A DNA stretch of 64,000 nt from Candidatus Eiseniibacteriota bacterium (GTDB lineage: Bacteria; Eisenbacteria; RBG-16-71-46), in NCBI GenBank assembly GCA_963717505.1, contig OY970342.1, positions 1,824,001 through 1,888,000 of the forward strand, given 5' to 3'. A model generated the notes under the pieces. That model was not told the DNA's origin. It was given only the letters and a program-made list of their open reading frames with translations, and ran no database searches. This document shows positions 38,681 through 47,521 of the stretch, piece by piece (the stretch's first letter is position 1; each line of letters begins with the position of its first letter). The position numbers and the translations under genes were made by a program.

Positions 38681-41170
38681 ATGCAGGGCCGCCGCTTGGG
38701 TCGCTACCGGATCCTCGAGCCTTTGGGCGAGGGGGGAATGGGTAGCGTTTGGCGCGCCGACGATGAACTCCTTGGCCGTGCCGTCGCGGTCAAGCTCCTG
38801 CCCGACAATCTGGCCGACTCTCCGCAGGCCAGAAGGCGCTTCCTGCGCGAAGCGCGACTGGTGTCGGTCCTGGACCACCCGGGGCTGGTCACGCTCTACG
38901 AGGCCGGCGAGGAAGACGGCCGCCTGTTTCTCGTCTTCGCGCTGATCGAAGGGCGAACCGTTCGCGAACTGCTTCGCGGTGGACCGATGCTCACTGCCGA
39001 TGCCGTACGCATTGCCACCGAGGCCGCCGAAGCGCTGGGGCACGCCCATGCCCGGGGCGTCGTTCACCGGGACATCTCGCCCGGCAATCTCATGGTCAAC
39101 CGCGAGGGCCGGACGGTGGTCATCGACTTCGGGCTCGCCCTGGGAGCCAACACGTCCCGCATCACCTCGTCGAGCGCCACCGTGGGCACCGCACCCTACA
39201 TGCCTCCCGAAGTCATCAGCAATTGTCCGATGGACCATCGAGGCGACGTCTACAGTCTGGGAGCCGTGCTGTACGAAATGGTCGTGGGCCGGCCGCCATT
39301 CCGCGCCGACCAGACCGCGGCACTCATCTACTCCGTGCTCCACGACGAGGTTCGTCCGCCTTCGGCATTGCGCAAGGAAGTGGACCCGCGGCTAGATGAC
39401 GTGATCCTCAGGGCGCTGGCCAGGGATCCCGCGGCGCGGTTCGCACGTATCGAGGAGTTCGCCGGCGACCTGCGCGCAACCTCCGGGATCGAGGCGATCG
39501 CCCCGACCGCAAAGCGGCTGGGCCACATGGCCGAGTTCGGCCGCTCCAACGTCGCCATTGCGCGCACCGAGCTGGCGGTCCTGCCGTTTCGCCATGTCGG
39601 CCCGGCGGGTGAAGCGGACGTCGTCGCCGAGCACTTCGCCCGCGGCCTGTCGGACATCGTCAGCGCGGCGTTGGCGCGCTTTGCTCGCTTGCAGATCGTG
39701 CCCCCGGGCCACGAGTCCGCCACCGAAGGCGTGCCGTGGCGCAACCTTGCCCGCCAGCTCGGAGTCCACCTGATCCTGGTGGGAACGGTGCGCAAATCGG
39801 ACACGCACCTGCGTGTGAGCTTCAGTCTGATCGACGGATGGCTGGGGGAACAGGTCGGCGGGGACACCATCGAGGGAACCGCGTCGGATCTGTTCGCATT
39901 CGAAGATCGCCTGGTGGCCGGCATCATTCGTGCGTTGAACCTGGAAGCCGTCGAAACGGTGCGGGTTCCCGCTCTCGCCGCCACCGCGGCGCACGAGAAG
40001 TATCTTCAGGCGCTCGGCTACCTCCAGCGCACCGACAACGAAGCGTCGGTCGATGGCGGCATCCGGCTCCTGGAAGGGCTGATTCACACCGAGGGCTCGG
40101 GTGCACTCCTACAATCGGCCCTGGGGCGCGGGTACCTGCGCAAGTACAATCTGACCTTCGAGCACGAGTGGAAGGACCGCGCCGAGACGTCGTGTCGGAT
40201 GGCGCTGGCGCTGGATCCCCATTCCCCCGATGTCCTGATCACGCTGGGCAGCGTCCTCTACCACTCGGGCCGACACGACGAAGCGGTTGCGGCACTGCAA
40301 CAGTCGCTCGATCTGAATCCGGGCAACGCCGATGCGTGGATCGAGCTGTCGTATGCCCGAGAGGCGCGTGGCGACCTGAGCGGCGCCGAGCACGCCGCGC
40401 TGGAGTCGATCGCACTACGGCCTGGGAGTTGGCGAACCCACGACCGACTGGCGCTCGTGCGGTTCCGGAAGGGTCTGTTCGAGACAGCGGCAGCGGCCTG
40501 GAGTCGGGCCCTCGAGCTCGTCCCGGACAATGCCATGGTCATCACCAATCTCGGATCGGCCTACTTCCACCTGGGACGGCTCGAGGACGCGGAGCGGGAA
40601 TACCGCCGCGCCCTCGGAATTGCCCCGGGCGCCAACACGTTCAGCTACCTGGGAACAGTCCTGTTCTTTACCCAACGGAGCGGTGAAGCCGTGGCCTTGT
40701 TCGAGAAGGCCGTCGCACTGAGACCGAAGGATGCGAGAACGTGGGGAAACCTGGCCGACGCCCAGCGATGGACTCGGGGACTCGACGCCAAGTCGTGCCT
40801 GTCGTTCGAAAGAGCGGTGGTCCTGACCCGTGAGCACTTGGCGGGCAATCCCGCCAGCGCCGAGGACTGGTCCAGGCTCGGCAGGTGGCTGGCCAAACTC
40901 GGCAAAGTCGAGGAGTCGGTGGATGCGACACGCCGAGCGCTCGATCTCGCGCCCGAAATCCTGGCCATCCACAGCCGGGCAGCGACTGTATTCGAGTTGG
41001 CAGGCAACAGAGAGTCAGCAGTCCAAAGTTTCGAGCACGCCCTGACGTCAGGGTACGGCCGCGTCGAGCTGGAGCGGGATCCGGAGCTCGAGCGTCTGCG
41101 ACAGGACCCGCGGGTGGCGAGGTTGTTGAGCACCGGCGGGAACACTGATTCGGGTCCCGGAGGTCGCTGA
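38681..41170 (+). CDS. Hanks-type Ser/Thr kinase with TolB-N-like domain and TPR array
   Basis: LGEGGMGSV, VAVK, HRDISPGN, DFG, GTAPYMPPE, DVYSLG; LAVLPF domain; many TPRs; no TM helix. Confidence 0.92.
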   Translation: MQGRRLGRYRILEPLGEGGMGSVWRADDELLGRAVAVKLLPDNLADSPQARRRFLREARLVSVLDHPGLVTLYEAGEEDGRLFLVFALIEGRTVRELLRGGPMLTADAVRIATEAAEALGHAHARGVVHRDISPGNLMVNREGRTVVIDFGLALGANTSRITSSSATVGTAPYMPPEVISNCPMDHRGDVYSLGAVLYEMVVGRPPFRADQTAALIYSVLHDEVRPPSALRKEVDPRLDDVILRALARDPAARFARIEEFAGDLRATSGIEAIAPTAKRLGHMAEFGRSNVAIARTELAVLPFRHVGPAGEADVVAEHFARGLSDIVSAALARFARLQIVPPGHESATEGVPWRNLARQLGVHLILVGTVRKSDTHLRVSFSLIDGWLGEQVGGDTIEGTASDLFAFEDRLVAGIIRALNLEAVETVRVPALAATAAHEKYLQALGYLQRTDNEASVDGGIRLLEGLIHTEGSGALLQSALGRGYLRKYNLTFEHEWKDRAETSCRMALALDPHSPDVLITLGSVLYHSGRHDEAVAALQQSLDLNPGNADAWIELSYAREARGDLSGAEHAALESIALRPGSWRTHDRLALVRFRKGLFETAAAAWSRALELVPDNAMVITNLGSAYFHLGRLEDAEREYRRALGIAPGANTFSYLGTVLFFTQRSGEAVALFEKAVALRPKDARTWGNLADAQRWTRGLDAKSCLSFERAVVLTREHLAGNPASAEDWSRLGRWLAKLGKVEESVDATRRALDLAPEILAIHSRAATVFELAGNRESAVQSFEHALTSGYGRVELERDPELERLRQDPRVARLLSTGGNTDSGPGGR

Positions 41171-41174
41171 TGAT

Positions 41175-41579
41175 ATGGCCACGAAAACCGTAACCGTCAC
41201 CGTCAGGCTGAACAACTTCAAGCTGAACATCAACAACATGCGGCCGAAGGCCTTCACGCTTGCGGATGACGAAATCGTCTGGCATTGCTCTAGCGCGCGC
41301 ATGAAGGTCGACTTCAATTATCCCGGGTATTATTCGCCGTTCGACTGGACGTCGAAAATCATTCCAAGGAACACACGGACGCCGTGGACCGTCGAACATC
41401 CGAGAGGTGTCACCAAGTACACGCTGACCATTTATCACGCCGACGGCACGGTGGTCGTGGATCCCGAGGTGGATGCGGATGGCGGGGATCCGGGCCGGCT
41501 GTCGTCCAGGAAGAAGGCATCGAAGAAGAAAGGCGCGAAGAAGAAGGCTGGGAAGAAGTCGGCGCGGAAGCGGAAGTAG
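41175..41579 (+). CDS. Small beta-rich hypothetical protein with DPEV motif and Lys-rich tail
   Basis: 134 aa, tightly packed between neighbours; KYTLTI...VVVDPEVD; tail RKKASKKKGAKKKAGKKSARKRK. Confidence 0.7.
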   Translation: MATKTVTVTVRLNNFKLNINNMRPKAFTLADDEIVWHCSSARMKVDFNYPGYYSPFDWTSKIIPRNTRTPWTVEHPRGVTKYTLTIYHADGTVVVDPEVDADGGDPGRLSSRKKASKKKGAKKKAGKKSARKRK

Positions 41580-41588
41580 GAGCATGAC

Positions 41589-44500
41589 ATGACGCCGTTG
41601 CCGGGGTGGGGAACCGGTTCACTCGGTAGTCGCATCAGCGTCTCGATCGCGCAGGTGCTCGGGATCGCCCTGGTGACGGCGGCCATGTCAGGCTGTGACG
41701 GGTTTCAGCACACGCCCTCGGGGGGTGAAGCGATCGACGCGATCGACGAACGCTACCTCCAGCCCAGGGTCTACCCGGGCGATGTGTTGCGAGTCGAGCC
41801 CCGAGAGGCCGCGCTCGACCACGTCCGGCTGATGCACGAACAGACTGGAACCCCGCACGTGGCACCCGGAGACGTCCCCGCGACCGGAACCCGTTGCCTC
41901 TGGAAATCGGCGGGTCCGAGCAACATCAACGGCCGGGTGACTTCGATCTCGATCGCCATGCAGACCCCCGAGATCGTGTTCGTGGCAAGCGTCGGCGGCG
42001 TCTGGCGCTCCACGGACCGGGCGCGGCGATGGCAGCGGGTTCTGGGCAATGCCCGGCCGGGCGTGTTTGGCGCCGTCGTCGTCGACGGGCTGGGCGAAAC
42101 CGTCTATGCCGGCGGTGGGGATCCCAACTATCAGGAGATCGCATGGGGCGGGGGCCCCGGAATCTGGCGATCGACCGACGGCGGTGACTCCTGGAGTCAC
42201 GAGTCGGTCGCGGAACTCGACCGAGCGGTGATCTTTCGGTTGATCATGGATCCCAACGATCCGGATCACGTTTTTGCGGCAACCAGCGCGGGGGTGTGGG
42301 TCCGCGCTTCAGGGTCATGGGTCCGCCTCTCGGGCATGGACGCGCCGTGCAGTGACATCGCCGTGGACTTTTCGACCGCAAGCCCGATCGCGTTCGCCGG
42401 AATCTACGAAGACCTGGGGTCGTTCACCCGCGGAGTCTGGAGGCACGTCGGGTCTTGGGAACCGCCGTCGAGCGCGATACCTCAGAACGGGGGCATCATC
42501 GCGCTGGCCATGGCGCCCAGCACTCCGGCCACGATCTACGCCAAGGTCCAGAAGCAGAACTCGAGAAGACCGCTGGGAGTCTGGCGTACGACCAACGGCG
42601 GGACCAGCTGGAGCAGGAAGTCCGCCCTGAGCAACAAGGACGACATTGCCTGGTACACGAGCGGCATTGCCGTTCATCCGGGGGACCCCGATGTCGTGTG
42701 GCTGGGGCTCATCGGGCTCTATCGCAGTACGAACGGTGGAGCGAATTGGACGGAGCGAAAGTTTGGAGACCATTCCAACGTGGAACTGCACATTGACCAA
42801 CACGCGATCGCATTCGATCCGGCCGATCCCAACTTCCTCTACGTCGGCAATGATGGAGGGCTCATCCGCAGCACGGACATGTCGGCGGTGGACGAGTCGG
42901 GCGACAACAAGTGGCACTGGGAGAGCGTCAGCCACGGGATGGTCATCACCGAGTTCTACCGGATCGCAACCCGGTCGGCCACCGGAACGCTCCTCGGCGG
43001 TGGAACGCAGGACAACGGCACGGCGCTCACCTTCGGCAACAGGACCTGGTACGTCCACCAGCACTGCGATGGAGGTTATGTCGCCGTCGACGCCGCGAAC
43101 GTCCTCGGTGTCTACGAGTCTTGTGACGGCAGCCTGGTTCGTTACGGCAATCCGGTCCCGGGCAAGATCGACTGGGGAAGCACGATCGTCTCCTGGCCCG
43201 GGTCGTTCAAGGATCCTCACGACCCAGTGGCGACCGACCCCGAGAACCCTGGACACGCGGTCGCGGTTTCGTGGCTGAATCACGAGCAGCCGCGACTCAA
43301 ATACACGACCACGAACGGTGCGACGTGGACCAGCATGCCGGGGCCCCTTCCCGACGATGCCACGGTCACCGCGATCGCAGTTGCGCCGGCTCAAGGCTTC
43401 ACGACGTTCTACGTCGGGTATCGGAGCCCCGGGGAGGGTGCGGGGGTGCGTTCGACAGCGAACCGCGGCACCGGTTGGACCCAGCCAAACGGCTTTCCCG
43501 ATGTCTCCCCGAACGCTATTGCCGTCGACCCGAACGAGCCGACACACGCGTTCGTCGCCGTCGGTGGCAACGAGGGAGCCATGGGCACGATCCTGCGCAC
43601 CACCGACTCGGGAAAGACCTGGGTCGACGTGGGCGGGTCCGGTGCCACGGGGCTCCCCGAGGCGCCGATGACCGGCGTGGCGATCGATCCAGTGGTCGAT
43701 CCCGTGGTCGGGCACGTGATCTATGCCTGCGGCTTCGTCGGCGTCTTCAGAGGAATCGTGGCCGACGACGGTAGCGCGACCTGGGCTCCATTCGATCAGG
43801 GACTGCCCGAAGGGCTGGACGTCAACGACATGACACTCAACACGGCGACCCGGATGCTCTCGATCGGAACCAGAGGCTACGGCGTCTACGAGCGCTATGT
43901 CGGTGACGCCGAATGTCCGCAAGATCGAGTGCTGGTCCGCGACAACGTCTTCGACCGAGGCAACGGGCCGGCTCTGATCGGTGAACCGAACCCCGAGGAC
44001 CCGGTGGATCTCAACGGGGACGGACTGTGGGCCGCCAACAGCTCGGTCGACGGCAGCATCAACTGGTGGACGTCGACGGACATTCGCGTCGCGGTGAAAG
44101 ACGCGGCGGGATCCGCGATCCCGGACTACGATCACGTGGAGTTCGAATCGTGCCCGATCTGGTCGGATCAGGAAGCATGTCCGCGTGGCATGCTGTGGGA
44201 TGCGCGCCCCAACCCGGGCGATGTGGCACGCGTCTTCGTCCAGGTCACGAACCATGGACTGACGCCGATGACCCAGGTACGGGTCACGGCGCTGTGGTTC
44301 GGCGGCAGCGTTCCGGCGCCGCCGCTTCCCGGCACCTTCTGGAGTGCGAGCTTTCCGACTGGTTCAGGTTGCGCACCGATCTCGGCCAACTCCGGTTGGC
44401 AGTACGTGGACCCCGCGAAGCGCTGCGACACCATCGATGTCGTGAACCCGGGCGAGCCTCGCGTTGCCTCCTTCGACTGGCAAGTTCCACCCGGCGCCCA

Positions 44501-45035
44501 GCCTCCATTCCAGTATCTGGCGGTGATCGAATCCAACCAGGCGCCGCTCGGATCCGCGCGCGGGGACCACGACATGGATGTGCTGGTGCCCAACTCCCAT
44601 CAGGTCGCACTTCGCTCCCTGAACGTCTCGCAGGTGGTCACCGCGAGTGCCGCGCGCGTTCAGGAGTTGATCCGCATCGCTCCAACCGGTGTTGTCGCGG
44701 GGACCGTTTTCACCGTCACGTTCGGAGGACGGGAGCCCGGTGACGAGATGCGCCTGTTCGTTCCTCAGGGCGCCGTCGACTGGATCGGCGCGGCCCGGGA
44801 CACCGCCAGCGACTCGCTCGTTACGCCCGGGCACATGATCCCGGCAGGGTATGCCGGATTTAGGGCGGATTCGGTCGCTCGTGGCGAGATCCTCACGGGG
44901 TCCCCTCTGGATCTCGCTCTGGTGTTCTTCCCAGGGCACGCGGGGGTGGCTCGCCCCCGCTATCTGCACGTGGTCGCCCGGAACGGGGTCCGGGTCCTGG
45001 GGGGAATGACCTGGGTCGTAAGGCCTAACCCATAG
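41589..45035 (+). CDS. Putative lipoprotein with BNR/Vps10-like beta-propeller and extra C-terminal domains
   Basis: Lipobox-like MSGC; WKSAGP..INGRV, repeated RSTDGGxSW, HIDQH, GNDGG, GGTQDNGT, GTRGYGVYE. Confidence 0.85.
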   Translation: MTPLPGWGTGSLGSRISVSIAQVLGIALVTAAMSGCDGFQHTPSGGEAIDAIDERYLQPRVYPGDVLRVEPREAALDHVRLMHEQTGTPHVAPGDVPATGTRCLWKSAGPSNINGRVTSISIAMQTPEIVFVASVGGVWRSTDRARRWQRVLGNARPGVFGAVVVDGLGETVYAGGGDPNYQEIAWGGGPGIWRSTDGGDSWSHESVAELDRAVIFRLIMDPNDPDHVFAATSAGVWVRASGSWVRLSGMDAPCSDIAVDFSTASPIAFAGIYEDLGSFTRGVWRHVGSWEPPSSAIPQNGGIIALAMAPSTPATIYAKVQKQNSRRPLGVWRTTNGGTSWSRKSALSNKDDIAWYTSGIAVHPGDPDVVWLGLIGLYRSTNGGANWTERKFGDHSNVELHIDQHAIAFDPADPNFLYVGNDGGLIRSTDMSAVDESGDNKWHWESVSHGMVITEFYRIATRSATGTLLGGGTQDNGTALTFGNRTWYVHQHCDGGYVAVDAANVLGVYESCDGSLVRYGNPVPGKIDWGSTIVSWPGSFKDPHDPVATDPENPGHAVAVSWLNHEQPRLKYTTTNGATWTSMPGPLPDDATVTAIAVAPAQGFTTFYVGYRSPGEGAGVRSTANRGTGWTQPNGFPDVSPNAIAVDPNEPTHAFVAVGGNEGAMGTILRTTDSGKTWVDVGGSGATGLPEAPMTGVAIDPVVDPVVGHVIYACGFVGVFRGIVADDGSATWAPFDQGLPEGLDVNDMTLNTATRMLSIGTRGYGVYERYVGDAECPQDRVLVRDNVFDRGNGPALIGEPNPEDPVDLNGDGLWAANSSVDGSINWWTSTDIRVAVKDAAGSAIPDYDHVEFESCPIWSDQEACPRGMLWDARPNPGDVARVFVQVTNHGLTPMTQVRVTALWFGGSVPAPPLPGTFWSASFPTGSGCAPISANSGWQYVDPAKRCDTIDVVNPGEPRVASFDWQVPPGAQPPFQYLAVIESNQAPLGSARGDHDMDVLVPNSHQVALRSLNVSQVVTASAARVQELIRIAPTGVVAGTVFTVTFGGREPGDEMRLFVPQGAVDWIGAARDTASDSLVTPGHMIPAGYAGFRADSVARGEILTGSPLDLALVFFPGHAGVARPRYLHVVARNGVRVLGGMTWVVRPNP

Positions 45036-45110
45036 CGGGGCATCGATCCCAGCCCCGCTGGCTTGACTCCGGAGGGACTACCTCCGAGGCTCCGCCGGCA
45101 CAGCCACTGC

Positions 45111-45147
45111 CAACCTTTTTCCCCGCAAGACCATCCTACTCTTGCGG
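45111..45147 (+). promoter_or_regulatory. Putative autoregulatory ECF promoter with inverted repeat
   Basis: CAACC-N16-CATC; CCGCAAGA-N9-TCTTGCGG flanks the -10 element. Confidence 0.4.
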
Positions 45148-45726
45148 ATGGAGCACTCGGGCCCCGGAGTGACCCCGCTGAGCGATGACTCGCTGCCGCC
45201 GGCACACGGCTCGGACGTCGACGACGCGCGTCGCGCGGCCTCGGGCGACCGGGTGGCGTTCGAGCGCCTGTACCGGGGTCACGTGGGGCGGATCCACAGC
45301 TTGGCTCGGCGCCTGGCGGGGTTCGAGGACGCGAACGAAGTCACCCAGGACGTGTTCGTGCGGGCCTGGCAGAAACTCGGAACTTTTCGTGGCGAGGCGC
45401 AGTTCGGAACATGGCTGTATCGTCTGGCAATCAACGTGATGCTCGCGCATCGAGGCCGGCTCGGCGCCCGGCGCGACCGCTATGGCGGCGCGGACGAGGT
45501 GCTGGATCACCTCTCGGCGCGTCCCGCGCAGATGGACCTGGCCCTCGACTTCGAGACTGCGCTGGAACGATTGCCGGAAGGGGCGCGACAGGTGTTCGTG
45601 CTGCACGACGTCGAGGGTTTCAAGCACGAGGAGATCGGCCGCATGCTCGGCATCTCGTCGGGAACGTCCAAGGCGCAGCTCCACCGCGCACGCATGTTGC
45701 TGCGCAGGAATCTCGGGAGATCGTGA
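45148..45726 (+). CDS. ECF RNA polymerase sigma factor
   Basis: AFERLY, QDVFVRAW, FGTWLYRLAIN, HEEIGRMLGISSGTSKAQLHRAR; start uncertain (45142/45148/45169). Confidence 0.93.
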   Translation: MEHSGPGVTPLSDDSLPPAHGSDVDDARRAASGDRVAFERLYRGHVGRIHSLARRLAGFEDANEVTQDVFVRAWQKLGTFRGEAQFGTWLYRLAINVMLAHRGRLGARRDRYGGADEVLDHLSARPAQMDLALDFETALERLPEGARQVFVLHDVEGFKHEEIGRMLGISSGTSKAQLHRARMLLRRNLGRS

Positions 45727-45730
45727 GTTC

Positions 45731-46483
45731 ATGAAGCACGCCCCACTGACATCGGACCCCTGGACCGACCGGCTGTCGGAGTACCTGGACGGCACGCTCG
45801 ACGCGCGGACGCGCGCCGGAGTCGTGGCGCACTTGCCGGGTTGCGCCGAGTGCAGCGCCGCGCTCGAAGAGCTGCGGCTGGTCAAGGCGCGCGCTACGGC
45901 GCTCGAGGATCGTCCGCCGGCAGCCGACCTGTGGCCGGCGATCGCACGCCGGCTCGACGAGAAGCCGATGGGCGTCGGGGCGCGAATCGCAGGCTGGTTC
46001 GGCGGCGCGCGCATCGCGCTCACCGTTCCGCAGTTCGCCGCCGCCGCCGCACTGTTGATGGTGATGTCGGGGGGTGCCGCGTGGTTCCTGGCTCAGCGTC
46101 CTGCGGCTCCGATCGCCGCGCGGACGGGAGACGTATTCAGATTCGCGACCCCGGCTCCCGGCACCCATGGCGTCAACGGCGGAAATGGCGCCAACGGCAC
46201 CAACGGCGCGCTCAACGCCGGCTACGACCTGACGCGCTACGACGCGACCATCGCCGACCTCGAATCCGTCCTGCGCACGCATCGCGCGGTGCTCGACACA
46301 TCGACCGTGCGGGTCATCGAACAGAACCTTGCGGTCATCGATCGCGCGATCGCCGATGCGCGCAGTGCGCTGGCCGCGGATCCGGCGAGTATCTATCTGA
46401 ACAACCATCTGGCGGCGCAGTTGCAGGCCAAAGTGCAGCTGCTGCAGCGTGCTGCCGCCGTGGTCACGGTTCACCAGGGCTAG
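45731..46483 (+). CDS. zf-HC2 transmembrane anti-sigma factor
   Basis: LSEYLDG...HLPGCAEC, one TM helix, helical C-terminus. Confidence 0.88.
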   Translation: MKHAPLTSDPWTDRLSEYLDGTLDARTRAGVVAHLPGCAECSAALEELRLVKARATALEDRPPAADLWPAIARRLDEKPMGVGARIAGWFGGARIALTVPQFAAAAALLMVMSGGAAWFLAQRPAAPIAARTGDVFRFATPAPGTHGVNGGNGANGTNGALNAGYDLTRYDATIADLESVLRTHRAVLDTSTVRVIEQNLAVIDRAIADARSALAADPASIYLNNHLAAQLQAKVQLLQRAAAVVTVHQG

Positions 46484-46497
46484 GGAGAAGCGAGGAC

Positions 46498-47514
46498 ATG
46501 AGACTCCGCTGGGCTGTCCTTCTGTCGATGATCATGGCGACGGCAGCCGCCGCAGCAGGGACCGATACGACGGTGCAGGCGCGCAAGGGCGCGCGTCTCT
46601 ACCTGAACAACTTCGGCGGCAACATCGCGGTCGAGGCCTGGCGCAAGAACGCAATCCACGTGGTCGCCGATCACTCGGATCGCGTGAAGGTGGTCATCGT
46701 GGAGTCCGGGCCCGACATCCAGGTTCAGTACGCTTCTCGACGCCGGCCGGCACGGATCGACTACCGCATCCAGGTGCCCGAGTGGCTGCCGCTCAACCTG
46801 GAAGGGATTCACTCGAACATTCGGGTCAAGGGCGTGAACAGCGACGTGCTCGCCGAGACCGTGCACGGACTGATCAGCGTCGAAGGCGGGTCGGGGCTGA
46901 TCCGGTTGTCGTCGATGAACGGCCCGGTCAGTTCGGTCAAATCGCGCGGACGGCTCGAGGCCGAGTCGATCAACGAGGCCGTGCGCGTGATCGACGCCCA
47001 GGGCGAAGTCGTGGTCAGCGCGGTCAACGGCGACATCGACCTGGAGGGCATCGACGCCGGGCGCATCTCGGTGTCGACCGTGAACGGCGACGTGCATTTC
47101 CTGGGCAATCTGCACAAGGACGGCCAGTACGACTTCTCCACCCACCAAGGCGACTTGATCTTGGGCATGCCCGAAAACCTCGACGCCACGATCTCGGTGG
47201 CCACATTCAACGGCGACTTCGAGTCGGTCTTCCCGGTGCGCCTCGACAACGCCCGCTACGGCCGGCGCTTCCACTTCGCGATGGGCGAGGGCAGTGCGCG
47301 ATTGAGTCTCGAGTCCTTCGGCGGATCGATCCGCCTGGTGTCGGTAGCCGAGGCGATGCGCGACGCTCAGGAGCGCCAGCGCGAGTGGCTGCAGGAAGAG
47401 CGGGAGCGCGCGCAGGAGGAGCTGGAAGAGGCGCACGAGCGCGAGCAGGAACGGAAAGAAGAGATGCAGGAGAAACAGGAGAAACAGAAGTACCAGGAGC
47501 GTCGCCACCGCTAG
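46498..47514 (+). CDS. DUF4097 beta-strand repeat (adhesin-like) protein with charged coiled-coil tail
   Basis: Signal peptide; repeated (S/T)xNGxI; Glu/Arg/Gln-rich C-terminus. Confidence 0.82.
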   Translation: MRLRWAVLLSMIMATAAAAAGTDTTVQARKGARLYLNNFGGNIAVEAWRKNAIHVVADHSDRVKVVIVESGPDIQVQYASRRRPARIDYRIQVPEWLPLNLEGIHSNIRVKGVNSDVLAETVHGLISVEGGSGLIRLSSMNGPVSSVKSRGRLEAESINEAVRVIDAQGEVVVSAVNGDIDLEGIDAGRISVSTVNGDVHFLGNLHKDGQYDFSTHQGDLILGMPENLDATISVATFNGDFESVFPVRLDNARYGRRFHFAMGEGSARLSLESFGGSIRLVSVAEAMRDAQERQREWLQEERERAQEELEEAHEREQERKEEMQEKQEKQKYQERRHR

Positions 47515-47521
47515 CGCGAGA

